DNA from: Candidatus Nanohalarchaeota archaeon
GTDB lineage: Archaea > Nanohalarchaeota > Nanosalinia > Nanosalinales > Nanosalinaceae
Direction: 5' to 3'
Length of the DNA stretch: 64,000 bases
NCBI GenBank assembly: GCA_022729235.1
Contig: JALDAJ010000001.1
Coordinates: forward strand, 800,001-864,000
Numbering within the stretch: position 1 is the first letter of the stretch; every line of letters starts with the position of its first letter. The notes below the pieces were generated by a model. It saw only the letters and a program-made list of their open reading frames with translations, made no database searches and was not told the DNA's origin. Both the position numbers and the translations under genes were made by a program. Below are positions 1-9,288 of the stretch, one piece after another.

Positions 1-2079
1 GACTGTGATGACGAGTACGAGGATACCAGCCTGGAGGGGCAGGTGGAGGTGATAGGGTCAGGCGTCCAGGAGTGGGAAGTACCTTTTACAGGCAGATATG
101 AGTTAACCGCAGTCGGAGCTGTTGGAGGAGGTCCTCACGGAGGGTCTGGGGCGGTGATAAAAGCAGAGGTGACTCTGGAGCAAGGAGATAGGATGAGGAT
201 AGTCAGTGGTCAGGAAGGAGATTTGTTTGAAGATACTTTTACAGCAGGTAGCGGAGGTTCATTTGTAACACGGGTCGTTGATGACGGCTACCAGATGTTT
301 GATGGTGAAGAAATCGAACCTGTACTTGTTGCGGGTGGTGGAGCAGGATCGACCATGGAGAATCAGAACCAGGACGCCCAACTAGTTGAATGTGGTGATG
401 ACGCCCAGCAGAGCGGGTCTGGAGAGGCAGGAAGCGGAGGTTGTGACGGGGAAGGAGGCTCAGCTGATCTTTCTGATACTAGTCACAGGGTCGGTGGAGG
501 CGCCGGACTGTTAGAGGACGGACAAAACCCTCGTAGCCCTGAACTTGCAGGTACAGCGTTTATCGACGGTGCCGAAGGAGGAGACGATGAATCTGAAGGT
601 GGTTTCGGTGGCGGAGGAGCAGCACGGATGGTGAGCTGGGATAGAGGAGGGGGAGGTGGAGGTTACTCCGGAGGAGGAAGCGCCAGGGGAGATGACTGGG
701 CTGCAGGAGGGGGAGGAGGTTCTTATGTTAGCGATGAGTCCAGGTATGATGCTGAGATAACGGTTCAAGAGGTTTCATCCTCAGGACAGGGCTACGTTGA
801 GTTCGACCTTGAGAGCAGTCCTTCTGGTGTTATCGGTTATGATTCTGTTAATTCAGGTGAAACTGCGAGCGTCGAATGGTCTGATCGGGAGAACTTTGAG
901 ACTTACAACTGGGCTGTAGAGGTCTGTGAAGAAGGTGCCTCTAACTGCGTGATGAACAGTGAATCATGGACGTTTACTGTAGAAGTTGAGGAGCCAGAGG
1001 TTGAGCTCAGTTTCGAGAACTACACAACCGAGCATGCTTTTGACGTAACTGCCGATATCGAGTTTGGCAGGGATGACTATAATCCAAGATGTGATTTTAA
1101 CTTCACGAACCTTGAAGATCCGGATAATGAAGACTTGATATATGAAAAAGACGACATAGAAGTTGAGGAGGGCTCAGGAAGAGAGGCTAGCTGCCAGGCA
1201 AAAGTATACCACGAAGAACATGAGGATTATGATTCTAGTGACGGGATTTTCGAGGGCTACGAAGTTCTGGACAGGATCAGGATAGGTGTGAATGTGACGG
1301 ATCAGCACGGGGAACTGGATAGCAATTACACGATGGGAGACAATATCATCCCTAACATAAAACCGTTTATTGAAAGTCCCTGGCCTCAAGACGGGATGAT
1401 GATGGATGAATCTCCGGTGGAATTAAGTGTTGATGTTCATGACCAGATGGATGATGAAATCAATGTTTTCTTCTTCAACGACTCGGATGACACACTGATA
1501 GGAAAGGATGAGGTAACATCCGGTGATACAGCGAGGGCTTCGTGGAGAGATCTCAGGATGGGTGCGATATATAACTGGTACGTAAAAGCTTCTGACACCT
1601 ACGAGAACAGGACCTCAAACACTTTCCAGTTCCGGATAATTCTTACCCATGCGTTCCGGCCTGAGATAGAGGTGGAGTACCCTTATACGACAGTTGTGGC
1701 ATCGCAGGATCAGCCTGTAAATCTCATCTTCAGAGTTGAGAACAGTATAAACCGTGAAAAAAACCTGAACATATCCCTGCAGAATGTCAATGCAGAATAC
1801 ATAGGAGAGGATAACTGGTACATAGAAGATACCCTGGAGCCTGAATCCGAGAGAAGATACCAGATACTAGTAGAGCCGGAAGATACCGGTCTTAATGATC
1901 TGGAGATAGTTGCAGAGAACCAGGATATGGGTGTAGAAACTGTGGAAAAAGTTCCGATTTACGGCGTGGATATAGATACGCAGGCAGTATCACGCGGAGT
2001 TCCTGGAATAGGATTAAGTCAGGTACTGTTGATAGTGGTTCTATCTACAGCGATTTATATCCGGTCTATCTGGACATGA
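1..2079 (+). CDS. Large cell-surface protein, 5'-truncated by window: ALK/LTK-like glycine-rich domain, Ig/cadherin-like beta domains, C-terminal PGF-CTERM-like anchor
   Basis: Frame open from base 1; GAxGG and GGGGGYSGGG motifs; many N-x-S/T sequons; C-terminal VPGIG followed by a hydrophobic helix and Arg. Confidence 0.75.
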   Translation, partial: DCDDEYEDTSLEGQVEVIGSGVQEWEVPFTGRYELTAVGAVGGGPHGGSGAVIKAEVTLEQGDRMRIVSGQEGDLFEDTFTAGSGGSFVTRVVDDGYQMFDGEEIEPVLVAGGGAGSTMENQNQDAQLVECGDDAQQSGSGEAGSGGCDGEGGSADLSDTSHRVGGGAGLLEDGQNPRSPELAGTAFIDGAEGGDDESEGGFGGGGAARMVSWDRGGGGGGYSGGGSARGDDWAAGGGGGSYVSDESRYDAEITVQEVSSSGQGYVEFDLESSPSGVIGYDSVNSGETASVEWSDRENFETYNWAVEVCEEGASNCVMNSESWTFTVEVEEPEVELSFENYTTEHAFDVTADIEFGRDDYNPRCDFNFTNLEDPDNEDLIYEKDDIEVEEGSGREASCQAKVYHEEHEDYDSSDGIFEGYEVLDRIRIGVNVTDQHGELDSNYTMGDNIIPNIKPFIESPWPQDGMMMDESPVELSVDVHDQMDDEINVFFFNDSDDTLIGKDEVTSGDTARASWRDLRMGAIYNWYVKASDTYENRTSNTFQFRIILTHAFRPEIEVEYPYTTVVASQDQPVNLIFRVENSINREKNLNISLQNVNAEYIGEDNWYIEDTLEPESERRYQILVEPEDTGLNDLEIVAENQDMGVETVEKVPIYGVDIDTQAVSRGVPGIGLSQVLLIVVLSTAIYIRSIWT

Positions 2080-2109
2080 AATCATTGTACAGGACTAGAA
2101 CATCTGGTG

Positions 2110-2301
2110 CTAGAACTCCTTGTTCTTCTTAACCCTGACGATGTAGCCCGCGACACGGTTCCTCAACTTCTTCGACTCGAACTCTTCAGTATCCTTTAGC
2201 TCCTCCTTGTTCTCATCGAAGTCCTCGCTGAATCTTTCCGGGTCTGCATCAACAAGATCCTTCGCAAGCCTCTTGATATAGGTCTGTCTTACTCTTCCCA
2301 T
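2110..2301 (-). CDS. rps17e: 30S ribosomal protein S17e
   Basis: MGRVRQTYIKR...DFDENK...SKKLRNRVAGY signature. Confidence 0.97.
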   Translation of the reverse strand: MGRVRQTYIKRLAKDLVDADPERFSEDFDENKEELKDTEEFESKKLRNRVAGYIVRVKKNKEF

Positions 2302-2425
2302 ACCTTAGTCCGTGGCATAAAGTTTCTTAAACCGGACGGTCGCCGATCTACTACTTTTGGTGTTACGTTACTGCGGATACCCTTCTGGAAGGATATTATA
2401 ACTTTTTCGTACTAAAACATATGTA

Positions 2426-2833
2426 ATGAGAAATCCTGTTGAAGACGCTATAAGGACGGCAGATAGATACGGTTTTCATCAGATAAGTAAAGTTGATTCC
2501 AACGGCGCGACAAGCGCTCGTCTAGGAGGTGGAGAGGGAGAACTCGAGATAAAATCACCTCCTTATTCTCATGAGTTATATTTAACTTACACAGGAAATC
2601 CGGATATAGATATAGTCTTGGACGATGCTATCGAAGAATTTAGGGAAAACAGAGATATAGAGGTAGAAACCCTAGAAGAGTGTCAAGATACACTTAGAAT
2701 TGAATTAACCTATGATGACACGGTAGATGATTTATTGAGTGGAGGATTCGAGAAACAACATAAGGGTCTGAATCATGTTTTAGATACTCTTTCTGATATT
2801 GCTGGTGCCGAACAGCAACAGTTTTCCAGTTAA
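2426..2833 (+). CDS. Hypothetical acidic protein
   Basis: 135-aa ORF with TATA-like ttataa about 25 nt upstream. Confidence 0.6.
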   Translation: MRNPVEDAIRTADRYGFHQISKVDSNGATSARLGGGEGELEIKSPPYSHELYLTYTGNPDIDIVLDDAIEEFRENRDIEVETLEECQDTLRIELTYDDTVDDLLSGGFEKQHKGLNHVLDTLSDIAGAEQQQFSS

Positions 2834-2894
2834 TACACGCCTTTATAAGGATGCGTTCAGAACAGTTCTTTACTTCAAAAGGAGGTGTTTCTCA

Positions 2895-3089
2895 GTGCAA
2901 GGTACAGTCAAGTTCTTCCATGACCAGAAGAATTACGGTTTTATTGAAACCGAGGACATGGACGACGACGTTTTCTTCCACGCTTCGGAACTGCCGGAAG
3001 GCGAATCCGTCGAGGAAGGTGATGAAGTCGAGTTCGAACAGGAAGAAGGCGACCGCGGTCCCAAAGCCGTCGAAGTCACAGTAGTTTAG
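2895..3089 (+). CDS. csp: Cold-shock domain protein
   Basis: GTVKFF..KNYGFI..DVFFH RNP motifs; GTG start at 2895 after GGAGG SD at 2881. Confidence 0.93.
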   Translation: MQGTVKFFHDQKNYGFIETEDMDDDVFFHASELPEGESVEEGDEVEFEQEEGDRGPKAVEVTVV

Positions 3090-3148
3090 ACCTCTCAGAG
3101 GTTTAAACTGCTTCTTCTACAAAAACCACATATTTTTCTATTGTTATT

Positions 3149-3568
3149 CTAGTGTTCTGCTAAAAGGTGCTGCTCACGGCTTTCTTCTGCTTTCTTTAAG
3201 CTCCTAACGGAAGGCGAAAGGATGCCCTCTACTTCTATACATTGTGGATTACTTAGACCCATGTTAGCCACGGCATAGATTTCTAAACTTTCTTCTCCAG
3301 AATCGTACCATGTGTTACAATACGGTCCTCTGAACGGTTCATCTGTATTGTAAAGTTCTGAAGATGCCTCCGAACCTGTCAAGTTAGGAATAGTTCTAGA
3401 TACAAAAGGGATCATGCTATGCCTACGGACATCTAGAGCGGCAGAATCGTAGTTTTCCAAACCGGCAGCTAAATCCTCCATTTCCATCGAATTGTGTCCT
3501 AAAAAGTCTTTTCCATAAACATGGCCGGTTATCTGTTTCCTAAGTTGTCTTAAGTCTCCGTTGGGCAT
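3149..3568 (-). CDS. Hypothetical protein
   Basis: 139-aa ORF filling the intergenic space. Confidence 0.55.
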   Translation of the reverse strand: MPNGDLRQLRKQITGHVYGKDFLGHNSMEMEDLAAGLENYDSAALDVRRHSMIPFVSRTIPNLTGSEASSELYNTDEPFRGPYCNTWYDSGEESLEIYAVANMGLSNPQCIEVEGILSPSVRSLKKAEESREQHLLAEH

Positions 3569-3659
3569 GGCTCGTTATACCGTTCTTAGTTTTATTAAGA
3601 TATCTGATTTTCTTCCGTGTACCGCAACCCACTTAATTCTCCTGCGTGTTTCTTGAAAC

Positions 3660-4382
3660 ATGACCGACTTCCTATACCTGCCGGACCGGAACTACGATAA
3701 AAAGTTTGATTCTGAAGTATCAAAAGTCAAGGAGGGTGATGGATATATTGTCCTTGAAGAGACGCTTTTCTACCCGGAGGGTGGGGGACAGCCCGCGGAC
3801 CACGGAGTGATTTCCTGGGACGGAAACGAAACCGAAGTAACTGATGTCCAGAAAAAACATGGCGAGGCACACCACTTTATCGAAGGCGACGATTTCCCTG
3901 AAGAAGGGCAGGAAGTCCGCGGAGAAATCGACTGGGAAAGGCGCTACAAGCACATGAGGATGCACACCGCCCAGCACGTGCTTTCCCTCGTGGTTCTTGA
4001 TGAGTACGGTGCCACGACCGCTGGCAACCAGATACACGAAGATTATTCGAGAATAGATTTCAAACCGGTGGAGTTTGATGAAGGCGATATAGAGAAGATT
4101 CAGAATGCGGCGAACGCATTGATAGCTGAGAACCTCTCTGTTGAGAAGAAGATGATGGACCGTGAACAGCTGGAGGAGGAGATGGATGCGGGACGCGCCA
4201 ACATGGACTTGATTCCTGACCACATCGACCCTCTACGCGCTGTAATAATCGGCGAAGACGATGTCTGTCCCTGCGGCGGCACCCACGTCGACAACCTCGA
4301 AGAGATAGGGGAGATAGAGATCACAGAGCAAACGAAGAAAGGAGCGGACACCGAGAGACTGGAGTTCGAGCTGGAAGGATAA
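3660..4382 (+). CDS. alaX: Alanyl-tRNA editing protein (AlaX-M)
   Basis: FYPEGGGQPAD, HTAQH and CGGTH zinc motifs. Confidence 0.95.
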   Translation: MTDFLYLPDRNYDKKFDSEVSKVKEGDGYIVLEETLFYPEGGGQPADHGVISWDGNETEVTDVQKKHGEAHHFIEGDDFPEEGQEVRGEIDWERRYKHMRMHTAQHVLSLVVLDEYGATTAGNQIHEDYSRIDFKPVEFDEGDIEKIQNAANALIAENLSVEKKMMDREQLEEEMDAGRANMDLIPDHIDPLRAVIIGEDDVCPCGGTHVDNLEEIGEIEITEQTKKGADTERLEFELEG

Positions 4383-4445
4383 ATAGGATTTTGAAACATA
4401 TAGAGGTACGAAACGTTTATAAACGTGCCAATTCCTGGGTCATGT

Positions 4446-4823
4446 ATGAGGAAGGAGGAAGCCTACAATTCGATACTCGATGATGAAGAGTTCGATAGAA
4501 AGTTGCTAGCTAAGGCTATAGAGCCCTATATCCGGATTGGTAAGGAGTCTAAAGATATTCTATTCCTTGATAAGTTCGACAATTTAACGAATAAAGACAA
4601 AGTCCTGGTTTATCTTCTCGCTCAAAAAGTATTAGATGATTTGGAGAATCAGGATTCTTTGGTATTCCCGCAAAGTATTTCCTCTGGTTTGGGAGTTAAT
4701 GATAATACAGTTAGATCTGTTCTGAGAAGGCTGAGACAGAGTGATTTGGTGAAGAAGCGTGATGGAGGTAACTATGAGATACCTAATTATAGGATTGAAG
4801 AGGTGATTGATGAATTTGATTGA
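4446..4823 (+). CDS. Winged-HTH DNA-binding protein
   Basis: PQSISSGLGVNDNTVRSVLRRLRQSDLVKK HTH pattern. Confidence 0.7.
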   Translation: MRKEEAYNSILDDEEFDRKLLAKAIEPYIRIGKESKDILFLDKFDNLTNKDKVLVYLLAQKVLDDLENQDSLVFPQSISSGLGVNDNTVRSVLRRLRQSDLVKKRDGGNYEIPNYRIEEVIDEFD

Positions 4824-5115
4824 TTTTCCGAAGAAGTTTAAAGATCCTGAAGACAACGAATACGTACTTAAGAGATCTACTTGGAGCCATATAGTGGCTG
4901 GTCAGAATCCTCATGGTGAGTTTGTGGGGCATATCGAGGAGATAAGGAAATGTATCGAGAACCCTGCCGATATATTTGAAAGCAAAAAATCCGATGTCCG
5001 GTATATATACCGGAGAATGCCAGATAAGATGGACTACAAGTTTGTAGTTGTGGTAGTTGATAGAGCGGATAATCTTGTTGTAACTGCCTATCCCGCCAAT
5101 AATGATGATTTCTAG
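4810..5115 (+). CDS. RelE/BECR-fold (DUF4258/PBECR-like) putative RNase toxin
   Basis: WSHIV..H...IENP.......YIY...VVVV...VVTAY pattern. Confidence 0.6.
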   Translation: MNLIDFPKKFKDPEDNEYVLKRSTWSHIVAGQNPHGEFVGHIEEIRKCIENPADIFESKKSDVRYIYRRMPDKMDYKFVVVVVDRADNLVVTAYPANNDDF

Positions 5116-5321
5116 GCAGGTACTTTCGCTGCGTCCGGAAGATTTATTTTCTCACGCTCTTCAAATCCGATAACAGTGTATCCGACTATTTCCCCCGTTT
5201 CCGCATCTCTTCTTATGAGCACATCATCATCCTTGTGCTCGGTCTCTACGTTCTCGCAGCTTCTGAGCTTGATATACAGGACATCTGCTTCTTCATCATA
5301 GGATACTTCCATAACCCACAT
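5112..5321 (-). CDS. DUF2283 family protein (putative antitoxin)
   Basis: YDEEADVLYI...GEIVGY signature. Confidence 0.85.
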   Translation of the reverse strand: MWVMEVSYDEEADVLYIKLRSCENVETEHKDDDVLIRRDAETGEIVGYTVIGFEEREKINLPDAAKVPA

Positions 5322-5359
5322 TTACCGCTCGCCATTTAAATTTATAATAGCGTTTCACA

Positions 5360-5773
5360 TCAGTACTTCTTCTCTTTTTCCAGGTACTCGTCCAGGAAGA
5401 CCATCGCGGGAAGCCCGTATCCTGCATCAGCGTGCCAGTTCATTTCACGGTATTCTGCAGATGTCGCCCAGCGATATTCAGAGAGTTCTCTCTCGTGTAG
5501 TTCAACAGCTGTACTGTCAGTTTCTGTGAAGACTATCCAGCAGTTCACACACTTCTCATCCTCGACTTCAATACGGACGACATCCTCAAAACTCTCTATT
5601 TCCAGACCTGTTTCTTCCCTGACTTCGCGTTCTGCAGCCTCGAACCGATTCTCATCGTCCTCGATTATACCTCCTGGCAGTTCCCATTTACCGGATTCTC
5701 GCTCTTTAACAACTAGAAACTCTCCCTCGTTATTCTGTATCAGTACCTTTGCAACAGGTATCTTCTCGGTCAT
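5360..5773 (-). CDS. NUDIX hydrolase
   Basis: WELPGG..EDDE...AAEREVREETG Nudix box. Confidence 0.92.
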   Translation of the reverse strand: MTEKIPVAKVLIQNNEGEFLVVKERESGKWELPGGIIEDDENRFEAAEREVREETGLEIESFEDVVRIEVEDEKCVNCWIVFTETDSTAVELHERELSEYRWATSAEYREMNWHADAGYGLPAMVFLDEYLEKEKKY

Positions 5774-6174
5774 ACCAGGTCGAACGCCTCCAGGCATCTC
5801 CTCTCCTTTCCAAGGTCTATATCGTAGTCTTGAGGTTTTATCCAGCAGCGCTTCCCGTGCTTGTCTTCTCTCAGTTCTAGGTGTTCTTCTAGGTCTTCGT
5901 AGTCGTGGGTCGCTCTAACCGGGATTATCTTGAACCCGCCTGCTTCCCATGAGTCCTCCTTGCTTGATTCGACAGCTTCTATATCAAGTCCCAGCTCTTC
6001 TTTTATCTCTCTTTCAGCGGTTTCCGTGAGGTTCTCTCCTTTCTTCTGCTTTCCGCCGGGAAACTCCCACATCTCATGGTCTACTCTCCACGTTACCAGG
6101 TATTCCTCTTCTTCAGAAGTACGGGGTATGACTGTTGCAGCGACTCTATTAGTATCGTCCGCGTCACTGCTCAT
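5770..6174 (-). CDS. NUDIX hydrolase (MutT-like)
   Basis: WEFPGGK...ETAEREIKEELG Nudix box. Confidence 0.9.
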   Translation of the reverse strand: MSSDADDTNRVAATVIPRTSEEEEYLVTWRVDHEMWEFPGGKQKKGENLTETAEREIKEELGLDIEAVESSKEDSWEAGGFKIIPVRATHDYEDLEEHLELREDKHGKRCWIKPQDYDIDLGKERRCLEAFDLV

Positions 6175-7954
6175 AGTACTCGCCTTTATCCCTTTGCTCC
6201 TTGTCTTTTTGCGAGTCTGGCTTGTTCGAGCGTGGTCTTCCGGAGTCCGGGTCTTTCCTGTATGTGATGCCGACTTCTTCCAGGAAGGAGTTCATCGCGT
6301 CTCCAATTCTCGAGGGTTCGGAAGATTTTCCCTGGATTCCGGGTTCGCCCTGGAATACAATTCCTCTATCGGAGATGTAGTCGAGGAGTAGGAGGTCGTG
6401 GTCAATCACCATCAGAGGTTTCTCTGTCTTCCTCGCGAACCTTTTCAGTGTCTTTCCAAGTTCCACTCTCGCCTCCACATCGAGATACGCGCTCGGTTCG
6501 TCCAGGAGGTAGACTTCTGCGTCCCTCGCCAGACAGATCGCTACTGCAACTCTCTGCAGTTCTCCGCCGGATAGTTCCTGGAGGTTCTGTTCGTAGTATT
6601 TTTCGAGTTTCAGTGGCTCCGCTATCCTTGTCTTGAAACTCTGGTTTTCTGGGTTGACGTGTTTCCTCAGCGCTTCTTCAACTGTCTCGTCTTCTGGTTC
6701 AATGTACTGCGGCTTGTAGGAGATGTCTATGTCTGGTGATTCACCTTCATCCGGTTTTACGGCGCCGGCAAGCATCTTTGCGAACACGGTCTTACCGAGC
6801 CCGTTCTCTCCGAATATCGCCAGTATCTCCTCTTCATGTAGCTCTCCTTCACTGGTTTCAAGTTCGAACTCTCCTTTGCCGAAGTCTTTGCTGAAAGAGG
6901 GGTAATTGAATACTGTCCTGTTGTGTTCGACCTGTGACCTTTTCGTGCGGTCGAATTTGATCTCGCTGTCCCTGAAGCGGAGGTTGTGGGAGGGTAACAT
7001 TCCTTCGAGGTACTGGTTGATACCGTTTCTTGCGGTCATGGAGTTGGAGACCATCCCGTAGCTTCCTGAGTCGCCGTAGAAGATGTGGATGGTGTCCGCG
7101 ACGAGGTCCAGGGTGGCGAGGTCGTGCTCTACCACCATCACTGCTCGGTCTTCTCCCAGTTCCCTGATTTCGCGGGCGACACGTAAACGCTGGCTGACGT
7201 CGAGGAACGAGGAGGGTTCGTCTATCATGTATATATCGCGGTCTTTCAGGAGCGTGGATGCGATCGCCACGCGCTGCAGTTCTCCCCCGGAGAGCTGGTC
7301 GAGCTCCCTGTCAAGCAGGTGTTCTATGTCGAGTCTTTCAGCTATTTCTTCCACGCTGAGCCTTTCACGCGCATTCTCCAGAAGCTCTTTTACCTGTCCG
7401 TCGTATGCCTCCGGTATCGCCTCGACTTGCTGAGGTTTAAATGCCGCATCTACTTCATTGTTCGCGAGTTTTGTGAAGTGCTCCTGCAGTCCGGTTCCCC
7501 GGTACTTCTCCTGTATCTTATCCCAACCAGGAGGGTTCTCGTAGTCGCCGAGGTTCGGCTTAATCTTTCCCGCAAGTATCTCAAGCGCGGTCGATTTACC
7601 TATACCGTTCTCCCCCAGTATTCCGACTACTCGACCCTCCTCCGGTACAGGTAGTCCGTAAAGCCTGAACGAGTTCTCGGAGAACTGGTGCATCTTCTCG
7701 CCTTCTTCATGAGGCAGTTGCACAAGCTTGATCGCGTCCTCGTAGGGATACTTCTTTATCGCCATCCTGTGAGCTTCCATCACGTCTTCCTCGTCGATAT
7801 GTAGCTCCTCGTTCTCGATGTAGAAACCGCCTTCTTTACCGGCGCGGTTCAAAGGGTCGTAGTTGATAACTGTCTCTCTCGCGAGGTCCGGCTCGATCTT
7901 GTCCTGGTCTACAACGACGATGAATTTCTTCTGTTTTTCCGTCGGCATATACAA
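6164..7954 (-). CDS. rli1: Ribosome recycling ATPase ABCE1/Rli1 (N-terminal Fe-S domain lacks cysteines)
   Basis: Two ABC cassettes (GENGIGKS, LSGGELQR twice, DEPS), FRLYGLP motif, C-terminal GRPRSNKPDS. Confidence 0.95.
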   Translation of the reverse strand: MYMPTEKQKKFIVVVDQDKIEPDLARETVINYDPLNRAGKEGGFYIENEELHIDEEDVMEAHRMAIKKYPYEDAIKLVQLPHEEGEKMHQFSENSFRLYGLPVPEEGRVVGILGENGIGKSTALEILAGKIKPNLGDYENPPGWDKIQEKYRGTGLQEHFTKLANNEVDAAFKPQQVEAIPEAYDGQVKELLENARERLSVEEIAERLDIEHLLDRELDQLSGGELQRVAIASTLLKDRDIYMIDEPSSFLDVSQRLRVAREIRELGEDRAVMVVEHDLATLDLVADTIHIFYGDSGSYGMVSNSMTARNGINQYLEGMLPSHNLRFRDSEIKFDRTKRSQVEHNRTVFNYPSFSKDFGKGEFELETSEGELHEEEILAIFGENGLGKTVFAKMLAGAVKPDEGESPDIDISYKPQYIEPEDETVEEALRKHVNPENQSFKTRIAEPLKLEKYYEQNLQELSGGELQRVAVAICLARDAEVYLLDEPSAYLDVEARVELGKTLKRFARKTEKPLMVIDHDLLLLDYISDRGIVFQGEPGIQGKSSEPSRIGDAMNSFLEEVGITYRKDPDSGRPRSNKPDSQKDKEQRDKGEYYEQ

Positions 7955-8047
7955 AGAGGTATTATGAAGATTTATTTAGTTCTGGTTGTGGACCTAGTCA
8001 GATGGGTTTCCCGAAAGCAGATAAATGGAGGTGCTCCTTATTTGCAT

Positions 8048-8671
8048 ATGGAATTGGATATTAATGATACTCTAACTGATATCTATCATAAGGCTCAAGG
8101 GCTATCAGAGGAAGAGATTGCGGAACATATCGAGGAAGTTGTAAAAGATGCAATTGAGGAATTTGAAGATTATGGTTTAAAGTTTGAGGATCTCCCTGAG
8201 GTAGAGTACAGCCTTAACAAAGACGGTGCAGATTACAACCCTGATAAGGATAAGATCACGGTAGGTGTCCCTGCGGCGGACGGTGAGTATGTTAAACATC
8301 CTTTGAATGAGGAGGTTGATGAAGAGAAGGATAAGGGTCATGAGGATGTTTATAGGCTCTCTCTTGGAGATGTCCTACGGTACGGTCTTGGTCAAGCTGC
8401 AAGCAACCGTTTGATGGGGGATGACTCTGATGAATCTATTGACGAGGGAATCTGGCAGGCATTTCTCTACCATAATAATCAGGAACGGATGGGGTTCGAG
8501 GAATTCGTGGAAGAACGTAAAGAACAGTACAGAAGTAGAGGCTTGAAGGAGGATGTTTTTGAGGATGCTGCCGATATAACCTACGAACATCTAGAGGGAG
8601 AAGATGTTGACCTCAAAAATATTATTAAGACAGTTTACCATGATTTAGAGGATAATTTAGAGAAGGGGTAA
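8048..8671 (+). CDS. Hypothetical acidic protein
   Basis: Long acidic ORF; ATG 8048 chosen as the likely start. Confidence 0.6.
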   Translation: MELDINDTLTDIYHKAQGLSEEEIAEHIEEVVKDAIEEFEDYGLKFEDLPEVEYSLNKDGADYNPDKDKITVGVPAADGEYVKHPLNEEVDEEKDKGHEDVYRLSLGDVLRYGLGQAASNRLMGDDSDESIDEGIWQAFLYHNNQERMGFEEFVEERKEQYRSRGLKEDVFEDAADITYEHLEGEDVDLKNIIKTVYHDLEDNLEKG

Positions 8672-8725
8672 AGTTCGACCGGAGATGCTGATTAGAGAGG
8701 TATAAGGGAAAAGAGAGGGATGTAC

Positions 8726-9229
8726 CTACTCGAACGAGAGTTCGTAGTCAGTTCCGGTAACCCAGTTGATTATCTTCTCGAACTCGTCTGTTGATAGGTT
8801 GATCTTGCCCTCGTAGCTTTCATCGACTACTATCTTCTGGTGTTCTCCGTCCGGTTTGAAGACGGTGTTGATGGATTCTACTTCTGCGGGCGATAGCAGT
8901 CCTTTGATGACTTCCATATCGCTCTCTGCTGCCTCAACTACTCTTATCGATTTCTCTATCCTATCCGCCAGTTCTTTGACTATCTCCCCGTTTCTACCGA
9001 CGACCTTTGCACCATCACCCTCTGCAGTTATCACAGCTACCACGTTTTCCATGTCAAATACTTTCTTGATTTCTGAGTCTTTCAGGGAACCGTAGTCAGT
9101 GGAAAGGTCCTGGAGTATCCGGGAGATTTTGATGTCGATTTCGTCTATTTCTGCCTCGTCGAGCTTCTCCTCGCATCCTGAACAGAGCTGGTCGCTCTTG
9201 AGACATACGTTACAGATTGGAGCCTTCAT
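8726..9229 (-). CDS. Archaeal NusA-like KH protein with N-terminal zinc motif
   Basis: MKAPICNVCLKSDQLCSGC plus KH VVGRNG motif. Confidence 0.88.
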   Translation of the reverse strand: MKAPICNVCLKSDQLCSGCEEKLDEAEIDEIDIKISRILQDLSTDYGSLKDSEIKKVFDMENVVAVITAEGDGAKVVGRNGEIVKELADRIEKSIRVVEAAESDMEVIKGLLSPAEVESINTVFKPDGEHQKIVVDESYEGKINLSTDEFEKIINWVTGTDYELSFE

Positions 9230-9288
9230 GTTTTAGCCGGCGCGTGCAACAATTAAATAAATGAGGACACTGCCATATTGCTTTCCGG

